This document shows positions 1-53,260 of a DNA stretch of 64,000 nucleotides, piece after piece. The notes below the pieces were generated by a model. The model did no database searches, had not been told where the DNA came from, and saw only the letters and a program-made list of their open reading frames with translations. The DNA lies in the NCBI GenBank assembly GCA_002269645.1, contig NIVC01001939.1, forward strand, positions 88,768 through 152,767. The letters are read 5' to 3'. The DNA is from Macrostomum lignano. Lineage: Eukaryota. Made by a program: the position numbers and the translations under genes. Position 1 is the first letter of the stretch. The number at the start of each line of letters is the position of its first letter.

Positions 1-680
1 TGAAGGAATAGAATGGATTGCTAATCTAGCCTACATCAATGAAGGAATAGAATGGATGGCTAATCTAGCCTACATCAATAAAGGAATAGAATGGATCGCT
101 AATCTAGCCTGCATCAATGAAGGAATAGAATGGATTGCTAATCTAGCCTACATCAATAAAGGAATAGAATGGATTGCTAATCTAGCCTACATCAATAAAG
201 GAATAGAATGGATTGCTAATCTAGCCTACATCAATGAAGGAACAGAATGGATTGCTAATCTAGCCTAAATCAATAAAGGAATAGAATGGATTGCTAATCT
301 AGCCTACATCAGAAAGAACAGAATGGATTGCTAATCTAGCCTACATCAATAAAGGAATAGAATGGATTGCTAATCTAGCCTACATCAATGAAGGAAAAGA
401 ATGGATTGCTAATCTAGCCTAAATCAATAAAGGAATAGAATGGATTGCTAATCTAGCCTACATCAATGAAGGAATAGAATGGATTGCTAATCTAGCCTAC
501 ATCAATAAAGGAATAGAATGGATTGCTAATCTAGCCTACATCAATGAAGGAATAGAATGGATTGCTAATCTAGCCTACATCAGAAAGAACAGAATGGATT
601 GCTAATCTAGCCTACATCAGAAAGAACAGAATGGATTGCTAATCTAGCCTACATCAGAAAGAACAGAATGGATTGCCAAT
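1..680. repeat. 39-bp minisatellite (runs off the window start)
   Basis: Unit TGAAGGAATAGAATGGATTGCTAATCTAGCCTACATCAA. Confidence 0.95.
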
Positions 681-1014
681 CAAACTGGTGGATGAATTAA
701 TAGACTTGAAAAATTTTCGGTAAATTTACATTAAAATCATAACATTCTACATTAGTGAATCCACAGTAAAGCATCTTGCAATTTGCACCCTGGAAAGTAT
801 CTGAGCCTCAACACTGATTGACAACAGAAAATTGGTGTATAAATAAACTCGTCACTCCTTCTTCACGACAGCGCGATTTAACAAAAATGATCCATATGCA
901 TGCGCTTGGGCTACTGGCAGTAGTTTTATAGACTATTTTCTGATAATTAAATTTTATTGGATGAATACTTCTAAAAAGAAACCCCAGTAACACTTTCTGA
1001 ATTTTTTTGAAAAC

Positions 1015-2226
1015 TGGGGGAATTCGGGATTCGATAATCAGGGAACTGGGAGAATTCGGGATTCGATAAATCAGGGATCTGGAAGAATTCGGGATTCGAT
1101 AATCAGGGAACTGGGAGAATTCGGGATTCGATAATCAGGGAACTGGGAGAATTCGGAATTCGATAATCAGGGAACTGGGAGACTTCGGGATTCGATAATC
1201 AGGGATCTGGGAGAATTCGGGATTCGATAATCAGGGAACTGGGAGAATTTGGGATTCGATAATCAGGGAACTGGGAGAATTCGGGATTCGATAAATCAGG
1301 GATCTGGGAGAATTCGGGATTCGATAATCAGGGAACTGGGAGAATTTGGGATTCGATAATCAGGGAACTGGGAGAATTCGGGATTCGATAATCAGGGAAC
1401 TGAAGAATTCGGGATTCGATAAATCAGGGATCTGGGAGAATTCGGGATTCGATAATCAGGGAACTGGGAGAATTTGGGATTCGATAATCAGGGAACTGGG
1501 AGAATTCGGGATTCGATAATCAGGGAACTGAAGAATTCGGGATTCGATAATCAGGGAAATGGGAGAATTCGGGATTCGATAAATCAGGGAACTGGGAGAA
1601 TTCGGGATTCGATAATCAGGGAACTGGGAGAATTCGGGATTCGATAATCAGGGAACTGGGAGAATTCGGGATTTGATAAATCAGGGAACTGGGAGAATTC
1701 AGGATTCGATAATCAGGGATCTGCGAAAATTTGGTATTCGATAATCAGGGAACTGGGAGAATTCGGGATTCGATAATCAGGGAACTGGGAGACTTCGGGA
1801 TTCGATAATCAGGGAACTGGGAGAATTCGGGATTTGATAAATCAGGGAACTGGGAGAATTCAGGATTCGATAATCAGGGATCTGCGAAAATTTGGTATTC
1901 GATAATCAGGGAACTGGGAGAATTCGGGATTCGATAATCAGGGAACTGGGAGACTTCGGGATTCGATAATCAGGGAACTGGGAGAATTCGGGATTCGATA
2001 ATCAGGGAACTGAAGAATTCGGGATTCGATAATCAGGGAAATGGGAGAATTCGGGATTCGATAAATCAGGGAACTGGGAGAATTCGGGATTCGATAATCA
2101 GGGAACTGGGAGAATTCGGGATTCGATAATCAGGGAACTGGAGAATTCGGGATTCGATAATCAGGGAACTGGGAGAATTCGGGATTCGATAATCAGGGAA
2201 CTGGGAGAATTCGGGATTCGATAATC
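1015..2226. repeat. 32-bp minisatellite
   Basis: Unit GGGAACTGGGAGAATTCGGGATTCGATAATCA. Confidence 0.95.
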
Positions 2227-2636
2227 ATTGGAGTGAATAACACAGGGTTGCCATAGTTACAACAAACTAGCCAGAACAAAAGCAATTTCCAGAGCAGATA
2301 TGCCAAAGCATAAACAAAATTGGATTATTATCTCGGATAAAGTGCACACAACAGATAAGCTCCCGATTAATGCTAATAATACCGCATATACAAGGTGGAA
2401 AATCAAGAGACACGGGCCCTAACACAGATATACAGGTTAATAAATTTGAATTGGCCTGCCATTGCAGACACTTACGCTTGCACTTGTCTTGCTGTTGTAT
2501 GCAGTCGCAGTCATAATAAAGATTTCAATAAACTACTGGATTATAAGACAGACAGACAGATTACTCATTGAAGACGGAGAGAGAGAGAAAGAGAGAGAGT
2601 TGTCGGACTCAAGTAGTAGGATTTCCGATTTTTATT

Positions 2637-25636
<23,000 letters not shown>

Positions 25637-26574
25637 ATTATATCATGAGAAATTAAATTTGGTCTTTCTTAATTACTATCAGTTTTTATTCATAATCACT
25701 TTAAAAACTTTTAACTGGAAAGTGCAGTAGTTAATTTTCTAATGCGCTTAGAAAATTGTAGAAAAGGAAAAGGGATCAACAAGTCGTCATTGACATGCGC
25801 AAAGCACACTTAAACTGATTTTTAAACTTTATGAAAATAAAATTGCCAAGTTTCGGCTTAAGCAATATTCGGGATGGAGACAGATGGTCGGTTTATACAG
25901 CAAAATAAATAATATGCCCTTTAATGTCACTATTCTGTGAAAATCGGTCCGAGATGTAGCCCTGGTTCTAAGAAAAAACTTTTTAAAGTCTTGTGAGTTT
26001 CACTGTATAAGAAGTAAAACAATTTTTATTAGGAAAAGCAATAAAAACAAAATAAAGTTTTGTAACTTAGAAGTTTGGTTTTTATTTATAAAATTTTTAT
26101 CACTTTTAACATAATTTTGATCATTTTCTGTTTAGATTTTACGTCGAACTTTTGTAAGGCTGCGTAGCGTAGCGTACTAAAGATTCGCACGTCAATAATC
26201 GAAAGAGGCACAGAAATAAATATTAGTCTCAGTTTCTTCCTTGTTTGCATTTTTCGTTCTAAATATTGTTATGGACAACCTTTTGGGTACGGTGTTGTAA
26301 ACGACTTTTTCATGGGGTATGAAGCACAAAAGAGCAACACCGTATTTAGCCTGTAAAGTACGTATGCAGTGGACTAGGCCTACGTGCTACAGACTGCAAT
26401 CCCTGGCCCCTTATTCTGTGGATAAAGGCTGGTGGGAGATCTGCATGCATCCTCTATTTTCCTCCTGGAAGCTGCAGAGATACGGGCCCCAAGCTATCCG
26501 TTTCGTAAGCCCATTAGAGGCAGGTACACATGTTTCCTGCAAAATTTCAAGGCAGATTCTAAGGCGGATAGATA

Positions 26575-27075
26575 CGAGGGCTGAGCATTAAATTTCCGGA
26601 TGTGCCCAGACAGAAATAGTTAGAGAAAAAAAAAACAGTTATATCTTTTCAAAGTACTCTCCAGCAGATTCGATGCAAATTTTCATGCGCTCAAACCACT
26701 TGCTGATCGAAGCAGCTGGACCAATCTGAAGCAGGCACCTCCTCCACATGCCGGATGAAGGCCTCCACTGCAGCTTCTGGTGATCCATAGCGGATTCCAC
26801 GCATCCTGCGCTTGATTTGTGGAAACACAAAAAGTCGCAGGGGGCAGGGTCGGGGCTGTAGCTCTTGAATGCGCTCTCCGGCCAGGAACTCCGCCACCTG
26901 TCGAGCCTTGTGGGCCGGGGCGTTGTCGTGATGGAGAAGGATGCCCCAAGCTCGAGTCCTTGGGCGACGCCTGGAGAGAGCGCTCAGCACTTCTGGCAGG
27001 CAAACGTTGGCGTACCAGTCACCGGTGACTGTGCGCTGCTGCACGAATGGAACTGTGGCCAGATGACCAGTTTTC
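26575..27075 (-). mobile_element. Defective mariner (Tc1/mariner DD34D) transposon, 3' half
   Basis: TA followed by CGAGGG terminal repeat at 26573-26580. Transposase remnants LHHDNAPAH, frameshifted SPD-APCDF and WFERMKICIESAGEYFEK*. 5' part and second TIR not found. Confidence 0.85.
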
Positions 27076-28149
27076 GGATCCATCCAGTGGCTCCGGCCGA
27101 ATTTTCGTATACATACAGCAATTGTCTGCACTGTACTGCTCAACTCACCAATTCTAATTTCTATATAAAGGTGTTCTCCACGCTGATGAGCTGGAAGGCC
27201 GGGAAGTGCATGTACATGCAGTTTGGTCGATAGTGGTTCCGCTCCTGGTGTCAGGCCAGCCTTGAGGGCCTACTTCCCGGTCAGGTGGAGTGGCAGAGTA
27301 GGTACGCGCCCTTTTGTGGGCTACTAGCCCATCAAACTTTATTTATAACCTCGAGCCGCGCGACTGTAAATAAGCCTTTTCAACCTAGAGACTTAAGGAT
27401 GGAGAAGTTTGTTCTGTCTGAAAATAAATCTACAGCATTATTGCGTATCTGCATCAATAAATCTGATAAAATGGCCGATATGTACTCATCCTGATCCAGG
27501 AAACCCTGGATGCACAACAGTAAGTTGCAGCTAACATTCTTTCTTTCTAAAAAGTACTATTTCTTTTTTTTGTAAAAATCGTGCATTTACGCCATGTTAA
27601 TTTCCGATCACTTCTCGCATCACATCCATGGTGGTAAAACCGTATGATTCTACGTAACGAGGCTCAGAAGTAGAAATATACGAGCTAGTCGCTTGAGAAT
27701 TACTTGAAGTATGATTACGCAATCACAGTTCGGGCCAAATATCATCATTATGTTTTCGCCCCGCTAACTTGCCAGCACGCGCTCTGGGAGGCGCAAATTC
27801 CAGCTTCTCCCAATGGGTGGGGGGTTGCGGCGGCGAGGTACAGCGTGATTAACAAAGCTGTTTCGCGACTTGCCCGCCTGTCCATCAAGGCTTCTGGCCA
27901 GCTCTTCAACTGAGCCACAATTTTATGACGGCTGTCTCATTATTCTTCATCGCTTTACTGTGCTCTCTCTCCAGCCTCCTCCGACTCATTATTAATTTTT
28001 TCAAATACACGGACTTGCCGAGACTGCGCCGCAGTAATTACTGAACCTGGCGGCGCATTACTCATCCAGCGTATAATGAGCATTGAGCATCGACTGCCAC
28101 GTAAGCTGCAGGCTTTCGTGCTTAGGTGTTGACTAGCTCAATCGTATCC

Positions 28150-28980
28150 TGTTCAAATTCACAGATTCTCATGCAGATCCCAGTTATATCCTATCTCATC
28201 TTAGAGCTACAATCTCAGTCTCCGACTGTCAGCCTCACCCTCATATCGTCATTCTCATACTTAGATTTTTCAATTTCACCCTCATATCGTCAATCTCACT
28301 CTCAAATCGTCAATCTTATTCTCAGATCCTCAATCTCACTCTTAGATCTTCAATCTCACTCTCAGAACATCAGTCTCACTCTTAGACCGTCAATATCACT
28401 CTCAGATCATAAATCTCACTTTCAAAACCTCAATCTCATTCTTAGATCATCAATCTTACTCTGAAACCGTTAATCTCACTCTCAGATGTCAATCTCACTC
28501 TCAGAACGTCAATCTCACTCTCAGAACGTCAATCTCACTCTCAGAACGTCAATCTCATTCTTAGATCATAAATCTCACTCTCAGACAGAAAATCTCACTC
28601 TCAGATCTTCAATCTCACTCTCAGATCTTCAATCTCACTCTCAGATCTTCAATTTCACTCTCAGATCATCAATCTAACTCTCATATCGTCAGTCTCATTC
28701 TTAGATCATCAATCTTACTCATAGATCGTCAATCTCACTCTCAAATCGTCAATCTCACTCGCATATCGTCAATCTCACTCTTAGATCTAACTCTAACTTT
28801 CAGATCGTCAATCTCACTCTCGGAGGATTGTCAATCTCACTATCAGATCATCAAGCTCACTCTCAGATCATCAATCTCACTCTTAAATCGTCAATCTCAC
28901 TCAGATTATCAATTTCACTCTCATATCGTCATCTCGCTCTTCGACTGTTAATCGCACTCTCAGATTCTGAATCTTATTGT
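28150..28980. repeat. Degenerate 20-bp minisatellite
   Basis: Unit TCAATCTCACTCTCAGAACG. Confidence 0.85.
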
Positions 28981-29504
28981 CAGCGTCCAATCATGCAGAT
29001 AAGGTACGCAACCTATTCACTCCTATTCCTTTTCTAAGTTGCAATAACGACTACTCACAACTTTTTATACTACTAAAAACATAGCTTCTTAGTAATATAA
29101 AGCAAGTAATCTGCTATTGCCTAGTAGACGAAATGCAGGCTGACCCCTGATTCGCAGCCGGGCAATTCTGCATCAGCCAATCCGAGACGTCCCAACAATC
29201 GAGATGGTGGCAGCCACCAACTGATTCGGGATTTAATGTTCCAATGTTGTTGCTAGCTCGCTTTTCTCTCCCAGTATCTTCTTGACTGTCGAGTTGTTTG
29301 GTTGAGCAATTTGAAACTGGATTAGTAAGACAAAAAAAACTTGTGAAGCAAAACGTGGCAGAGTCTTCAGGTGAATATCAATATAAACGAGCGTAAGAGG
29401 TGAGTATTACTGAGTACAGAGAACAGTATGTGAAATCGTGCACTAAATTTCTTTTCTTTTATTTTGCCTTTTGCTTTGAAATTCCAGAAGTTTTTAAGTC
29501 TTTT

Positions 29505-30755
29505 CCTCGCCACAATGGGTTATTAAACACCAGAGTGGGATGTTAAACACCACAATGGGTTATTAAACATCAGAGTGGGCTGTTAAACACCACAATGGGT
29601 TATTAAACACCAGAGTGGGCTGTTAAACACCACAATGGGTTATTAAACATCAGAGTGGGTTGTTAAACACCACAATGGGTTATTAAACACCAGAGTGGGC
29701 TGTTAAACACCACAATGGGTTATTAAACATCAGAGTGGGCTGTTAAACACCACAATGGGTTATTAAACACCAGAGTGGGCTGTTAAACACCACAATGGGT
29801 TATTAAACATCAGAGTGGGTTGTTAAACACCACAATGGGTTATTAAACACCAGAGTGGGCTGTTAAACACCACAATGGGTTATTAAACATCAGAGTGGGC
29901 TGTTAAACACCACAATGGGTTATTAAACACCAGAGTGGGCTGTTAAACACCACAATGGGTTATTAAACATCAAGAGTGGGCTGTTAAACACCACAATGGG
30001 TTATTAAACATCAGAGTGGGCTGTGAAACACCTCAATGGGTTATTAAACATCAGAGTGGGCTGTGAAACACCTCAATGGGTTATTAAACATCAGAGTGGG
30101 CTGTTAAACACCACAATGGGTTATTAAACATCAGAGTGGGCTGTGAAACACCACAATGGGTTATTAAACATCAGAGTGGGCTGTTAAACACCACAATGGG
30201 TTATTAAACATCACAATGGGCTGTTTAACACCAAAGTGAGCTGGTAAACACCAAAGTGAGCTGTTTAACACCAAAGTGAGCTGGTAAACACCAAAGTGAG
30301 CTGTTAAACACCAAAGTGAGCTGGTAAACACCAAATTGAGCTAGTAAACACCAAAGTGAACTGTTAAACACCAAAGTGAGCTCGTAAACACCAAAGTGAG
30401 CTGGTAAACACTAAAGTGAGCTGGTAAACACCAAAGTGAGCTGTTAAACACTAAAGTGAGCTGTTAAACACCAAAGTGAGCTGGTAAACACTAAAGTGAG
30501 CTGGTAAACACCAAAGTGAGCTGTTAAACACTAAAGTGAGCTGTTAAACACCAAAGTGAGCTGGTAAACACCAAAGTGAGTTGGTAAACACCAAAGTGAG
30601 CTGGTAAACAACAAAGTGAGCTGGTAAACACCAAAGTGAGCTGTTAAACACTAAAGTGAGCTGTTAAACACCAAAGTGAGCTGGTAAACATCAAAGTGAG
30701 CTGGTAAACACCAAAGTGAGCTGTTAAACACTAAAGTGAGCTGGTAAACACCACA
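29505..30755. repeat. Composite 20-bp minisatellite (40-bp dimer block, then monomer block)
   Basis: CACCACAATGGGTTATTAAA plus CA(C/T)CAGAGTGGGCTGTTAAA up to about 30210, then CACCAAAGTGAGCTG(G/T)TAAA. Confidence 0.95.
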
Positions 30756-31629
30756 ATCGGCAGTGAAGCACCGATATCGATTGGATACTTAAGCTATTTA
30801 TGTACTACCAGATAAAATCTAGATATTTTTAATCCATAAAAATTCAGTGATTAAGAGTTGAGTATATGGCTCAAAAATTAGGATAAGACTTACTCATGGT
30901 GACTATGAGGAACCAGAGCCGCTGCCTGCTAAGTGGCGGGCAGCAGCGGCGGCTGAGAAATTTGATCCAGCGAGTCTCCTCCCATCACACCCTGGAACCA
31001 GGGCTGGACAAGTGTGGCTGGACAAGTGTGCAGTGTATAGAAAACGATTACTATTATTAACTAAACTCGCAGGTCCATTCTCAGGGCAGCAGCTGGTTGC
31101 TGAAATGGGATCTTTGGAGAGGAAAAAACTGGCAGAGGATTTCTCTTCGCATGCATACAGAGTGACCAAAACACAGAGAGAGAGAGAGGTCCGTAAGAGC
31201 AGAGAGGCGCATGCAGAGATGAAATGTAAACGTTCAAAAACAGTTTTTTTCGTCAACTTCCTTGCACCCGAAAGCAGAAGAACTGCTTCATCTCTTCTGT
31301 CTCTCCTTTCTCTTTCTCTCCCACTTGCTGCCCCAGACTCCAATGCGGCGACATCAACAGTGCGCTGACATAAAGCTTGGCACACAAAAGGCTGGAAAGG
31401 AGGAGTTTTAAAGCCGGTTGGTGCTTTCGGACGGGTTGGAGAGGGGTTGCGCAAAAATCCCACTTTTCCTGTGTCTTCTAGTGCTGGCTCCGCGCGAAAA
31501 GCAAGTCCTGCAGGAGTGCAGCTGCAGAGTCTGATGGAGGCACAGAGCTGCAACCTAATATTGTGAACGGGGCGCGGAATGACAATAAAAAATTTTACAA
31601 GTAAAAAGAGCGAAAAGACGGAGAGTGGG

Positions 31630-32160
31630 GTAGTGGATTAAGGGAGCAGATTTGAGGGAGCGGATTAAGGGGGCGGATTGAGGAAGCTGATTGAGGAAGC
31701 GGATTGAGGGAGGCGGATAAATGGAGGAGACCGATCGAGTGAATTAAGCCTGCGGATTAGGGGAGCGGATTCAGTGAGCGGATTAAGGTTGCGGATTAGG
31801 GGAGCGGATTCAGTGAGCGGATTAAGGTTTCGGATTAGGGAAGCGGATTCAGTGAGCGGATTAAGGAAGCGGATTAAGGGAGCGGATTAGGGGAGCGGAT
31901 TAGGGGAGCGGATTAAAGGAGTAGATTAATGCAGCGGGTTAAGGGAGTGGATTCAGTGAGCGGATTAAGGGAGCGGATTAAGGTTGCGGATTAGGGGAGT
32001 GGATTAAGGGAACGGATTAAGGGAGCGGAATAGGGGAGCGGGTTAAGGAGTGGATTAGGAGAGCAGGTTAAGGGAGTGGATTAAGGCAGCGGATTAAGGG
32101 AACGGATTAAGGAAGCGGGTTAAGGGAGCGGATTAAGGGAAAAAGTTGATAGAGCGGACT
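31630..32160. repeat. Degenerate 13-14-bp G-rich repeat
   Basis: GCGGATTAAGGGA / GCGGATTAGGGGA variants. Confidence 0.85.
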
Positions 32161-32689
32161 GAGGGCTCAGCAGAGCAGTGCCAGAGAGCTTTGGCCAGAG
32201 GTTTCACTGAAAATCGGGCAAAGGTGGAGCAACCCAAATAATGCAGTGAGGAAGTGCGCAAGCTGAATACTCCGCAGCCGGCTTGAGAATCAGCTGGCTG
32301 CAAGCGTCTCAATTGAAGGCCGGATGTTGTTGTACGGAAAGCTGGGGCTGGGGTGGGGTGCAGTGCAGCTCAGTCTCCCACTTCTCATTGACCAGCGCAC
32401 GCGGTCCAGGGGTACTGGCGCACCTTCACGGGGGTCAGCTGCGCCTCCAATTGGCAGTGATTGGCGGTGCATTGTAAATTCTCGTATTCTTAGAGACAGG
32501 ATCAGCATCGGAACTATTATTAAATCGTTAAGAGGGCCCAAATGCTTTCATCTAGTACACAAGCCCTCAGTGCATTCTTAGCTGCAATAGCATTCCATTG
32601 CACCAGACTGTTTTCATCTGGTTAAAGTGTCCTTCAGCTATGCAAGTACTTTTTGGGTATGTAGGAATAAATATTCGGAGGAGGACTGC

Positions 32690-32800
32690 TCTGAGTAGAC
32701 ACGGACTCATGCACACGATCACACAGGGCCTGAGCGGTCCTGATGACTTTCTCATCATCAGGCATGTACACTCTCGGTGCCTTGGTGCTTGGCTCGAGAG
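32690..32800 (-). mobile_element. Diverged family B-related SINE body
   Basis: Shares CATGTACACT..GTGCCTTGG..TTGGC and CACAC..CACACAGG..AGCGG with the other copies. Confidence 0.5.
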
Positions 32801-33099
32801 TTAGACGCGTTCACCTCTGCAGCCATATGAATCGATCAGCCGCCCCTCACGGATGCCAACCAAACTCAGTAGGTCGGGTTGTTTATCAAAGAACCTGCCG
32901 TGTGCCTGTCTCTCATTGGCTGGAAAGTTTCGGCTCCTGCACCTAGCTTCCAGGAAATGATAGGCAACTGAAGGCCACTCCATTTTAACACTACAGTGAC
33001 TGAAATAACTCAAATTCTGGAACTTCGGATTAATAACTTTGCAGCTATCAACTATGCTAGGTTAGCGTCCGACTTTCGTTATTAAAACATGGATAGACG

Positions 33100-33157
33100 C
33101 AGTGAAGACTAACTGAAGCAGCACAAGAACTCTCCTTCTCCGTCTTTCATTAAACAG
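33100..33157 (+). promoter_or_regulatory. 3' splice site 20 nt upstream of the protocadherin ATG (5'UTR intron or trans-splice outron)
   Basis: ACTAAC at about 33110, pyrimidine tract CTCTCCTTCTCCGTCTTTC, AG at 33156-33157. Confidence 0.5.
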
Positions 33158-33177
33158 AAATATCGTCTTCACTGGTC

Positions 33178-51237
<18,060 letters not shown>

Positions 51238-51659
51238 CGGCCAAGCGGCAGATTCGAACAAAGGACCGCTGGTAGAGAGATGACGGAATAGCCTGAACAG
51301 CATCAGCAACAAAATCTCCTGTTAGAGAGGCTCTTTTTGAACGGAAGGATGTGTCTCGTCTTTCCTGTCCTCGCGCGATTAGGCCATCAGGCCGCAACAC
51401 TGTAGGAATTTTATTTGAAGGCTCAATTTTGCTTAGATAAGCATTAGCGAAAAAGAGAATCACGTGGTGTGTTCTAAAAAAAGCAATTATCTTCTCAAAT
51501 ACTTTTTTCAAAAATCTTTTTTCTGATCTGTAAATTAAAAATGCTTGCAGATCATTGAATTCTGAAACTCCAGAAAAGTAATTAGAATAATTGATTACAC
51601 CTGCGCTAATGGCCAGATGTGCAACCGACAGCTCAGCCGCAGCTATTGCGCGGCGCATC

Positions 51660-51880
51660 TGAAGGCTGCGTACGGCTGTTCAGTCCAAGGACTGGGGGGG
51701 GGGTCGCCACACACACCCTCAATTACCCCAGCTAATGCTGGCACCCATTTTACAGCTGGGTGAACTGAAGCAATGCAGAGTTAAGTGTCCTGCTGAAGGA
51801 CACAAGTTGTTCTGAGTGGGTCGAGAATCGAACCCCCGACCTTCCAGTCGTGAGTCCGACGCTCTGACCTCTAACGCTCT
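51660..51880 (-). mobile_element. tRNA-derived CORE-type SINE
   Basis: tRNA-like head with B-box GGTTCGATTCTC, followed by GTGTCCTTCAGCAGGACACTTAAC..CTTCAGT..CAGCTGTAAAATGGG, which aligns with the MIR/CORE domain. 3' boundary approximate. Confidence 0.7.
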
Positions 51881-52769
51881 AACTAGGGGTTGTAGCCCAG
51901 CAAATCTAAACTAAGTCCAATAATTTAAATCTATCTTTCAAATTAAATAGGCCAAACAGACTAATACCTATAATTTAGTGTCACTACACCTATTCACCTT
52001 TTATTGCCTTACAAATCGCAGACAACAACCAAAACAATCAAAGACAGGAACCGGAAAGGCAGATGTGTAACTGTTTCAAAAAAATGATTTGCTTTCGCCA
52101 GCCAACTAATACTCGCTGTAACATAGCTAATAATTGTTTTATGAATTGGTTTAGTCGCGTTAAAACAAAATCAAGTAATAATTAAGTCGTATGCTGCAAA
52201 TGCTGTACGTAAGATGTTCAAGTGTACAGCACAAATTGAAAATAAATTCCCAAAATACTCTTCATAAAACTATCCTGAAAGCTTGTATCATAAAATTGAC
52301 AAAATTGTAACGAGTCGTAAAGTCTCGATCGTACTCTTATTTTTAAAAACTGTACTCTCCTCTTCTCTGTGCTTGATACGCTCGTGTTTTAATCAAATAA
52401 AAATAGTATTTTATTGTGTAAAACTTCTATTTTAAACTTCATAATATTAATTCTATTTAAATGAATGCCGTCTGATTGTCAAACAAAGACTTTTTATTTG
52501 TATTTTCTAGAGGAATTAGTTCTTTCTTAGAAAAGCGCGATGCCTTCCGTCCGCGCGCACTTTTACAGTTTTACGTTTTATATAATAAGCGATGGCGAGT
52601 GACGCCTAGTTTTGACAAGCCGAGAGCGAAAGTGATGAGTACAAAAATAACTTTTGTTACAAAGACTCCGGGCGATTCCAATTAAATACTCGTAATTAAT
52701 CAATGCGCGCCTTCGTCATTGCGCGCTTGTGCAAGGTTGCGTTTAGCAGGCAGGATATTTTTCCCAGGG

Positions 52770-53110
52770 TCCAGCACGGCGCTCTGATGTACCAGCGGCC
52801 CAGGCTCGATTCCAAGTGCAGTCACATTAATTTGAGGCTAAATTGGAATCTTGGCTTGGCTCTGCTCGTGCAATTAACGGCCTTGAGAGCCAACCCTCCA
52901 AGGCACAGTGAAGTGTACATGCCGAACGATAATATAAAGTTAGGGCCGCTGTACACTCCTGTGTGAGTGTGTGCCTGTGCGTATGACTGCGTACGTATCC
53001 GCGCGCTTGTGTGCCTGCTCAGGGGAGTCGGCGGAATGGGCAGCAATGCCTCTCGCCGGTTGTGACAATGTCGCTTGAAGTGCGCCAGGGTGCACACAAC
53101 CCCCTGCCTT
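52770..53110 (+). mobile_element. tRNA-derived SINE, family B (most complete copy)
   Basis: B-box-like GGCTCGATTCC. Body and tail are homologous to copies at 12788-13081, 34384-34520, 9097-9160 and 32690-32800. Confidence 0.65.
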
Positions 53111-53260
53111 TAATATTGTAAAATACCCACCCCCCATTTTTCTAAGGGGGAAGCTGACCCCTCTGAACTCCCTCATTGCAGCTAGGCAATAAAATTCAAA
53201 TACGGTCGTATCTGGGGGGGGGGGGGGGCAGTGCCACCACCTCAAAAAATAAATATTGTT

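Noticed and set aside
29140-29220. Possible minus-strand exon (GGCHHLDCWDVSDWLMQNCP)
   Set aside because: Its only plausible donor is phase 2, incompatible with the downstream candidate and real exons. No homology recognised.
30903-31553. Overlapping ORFs on both strands, also 39433-40736 and 40893-41228
   Set aside because: No recognisable domains, no consistent splice chain, alternative start codons. Likely UTR or intronic.
51815-51880. Intact tRNA gene
   Set aside because: Anticodon and acceptor stems do not pair, and the sequence runs directly into a CORE domain, so it is a SINE head.
53010-53045. HDV-ribozyme-like GGCGGAATGGG in the SINE tail
   Set aside because: No complementary P2 (CCCA) strand or nested P1.1/P3 architecture could be built.
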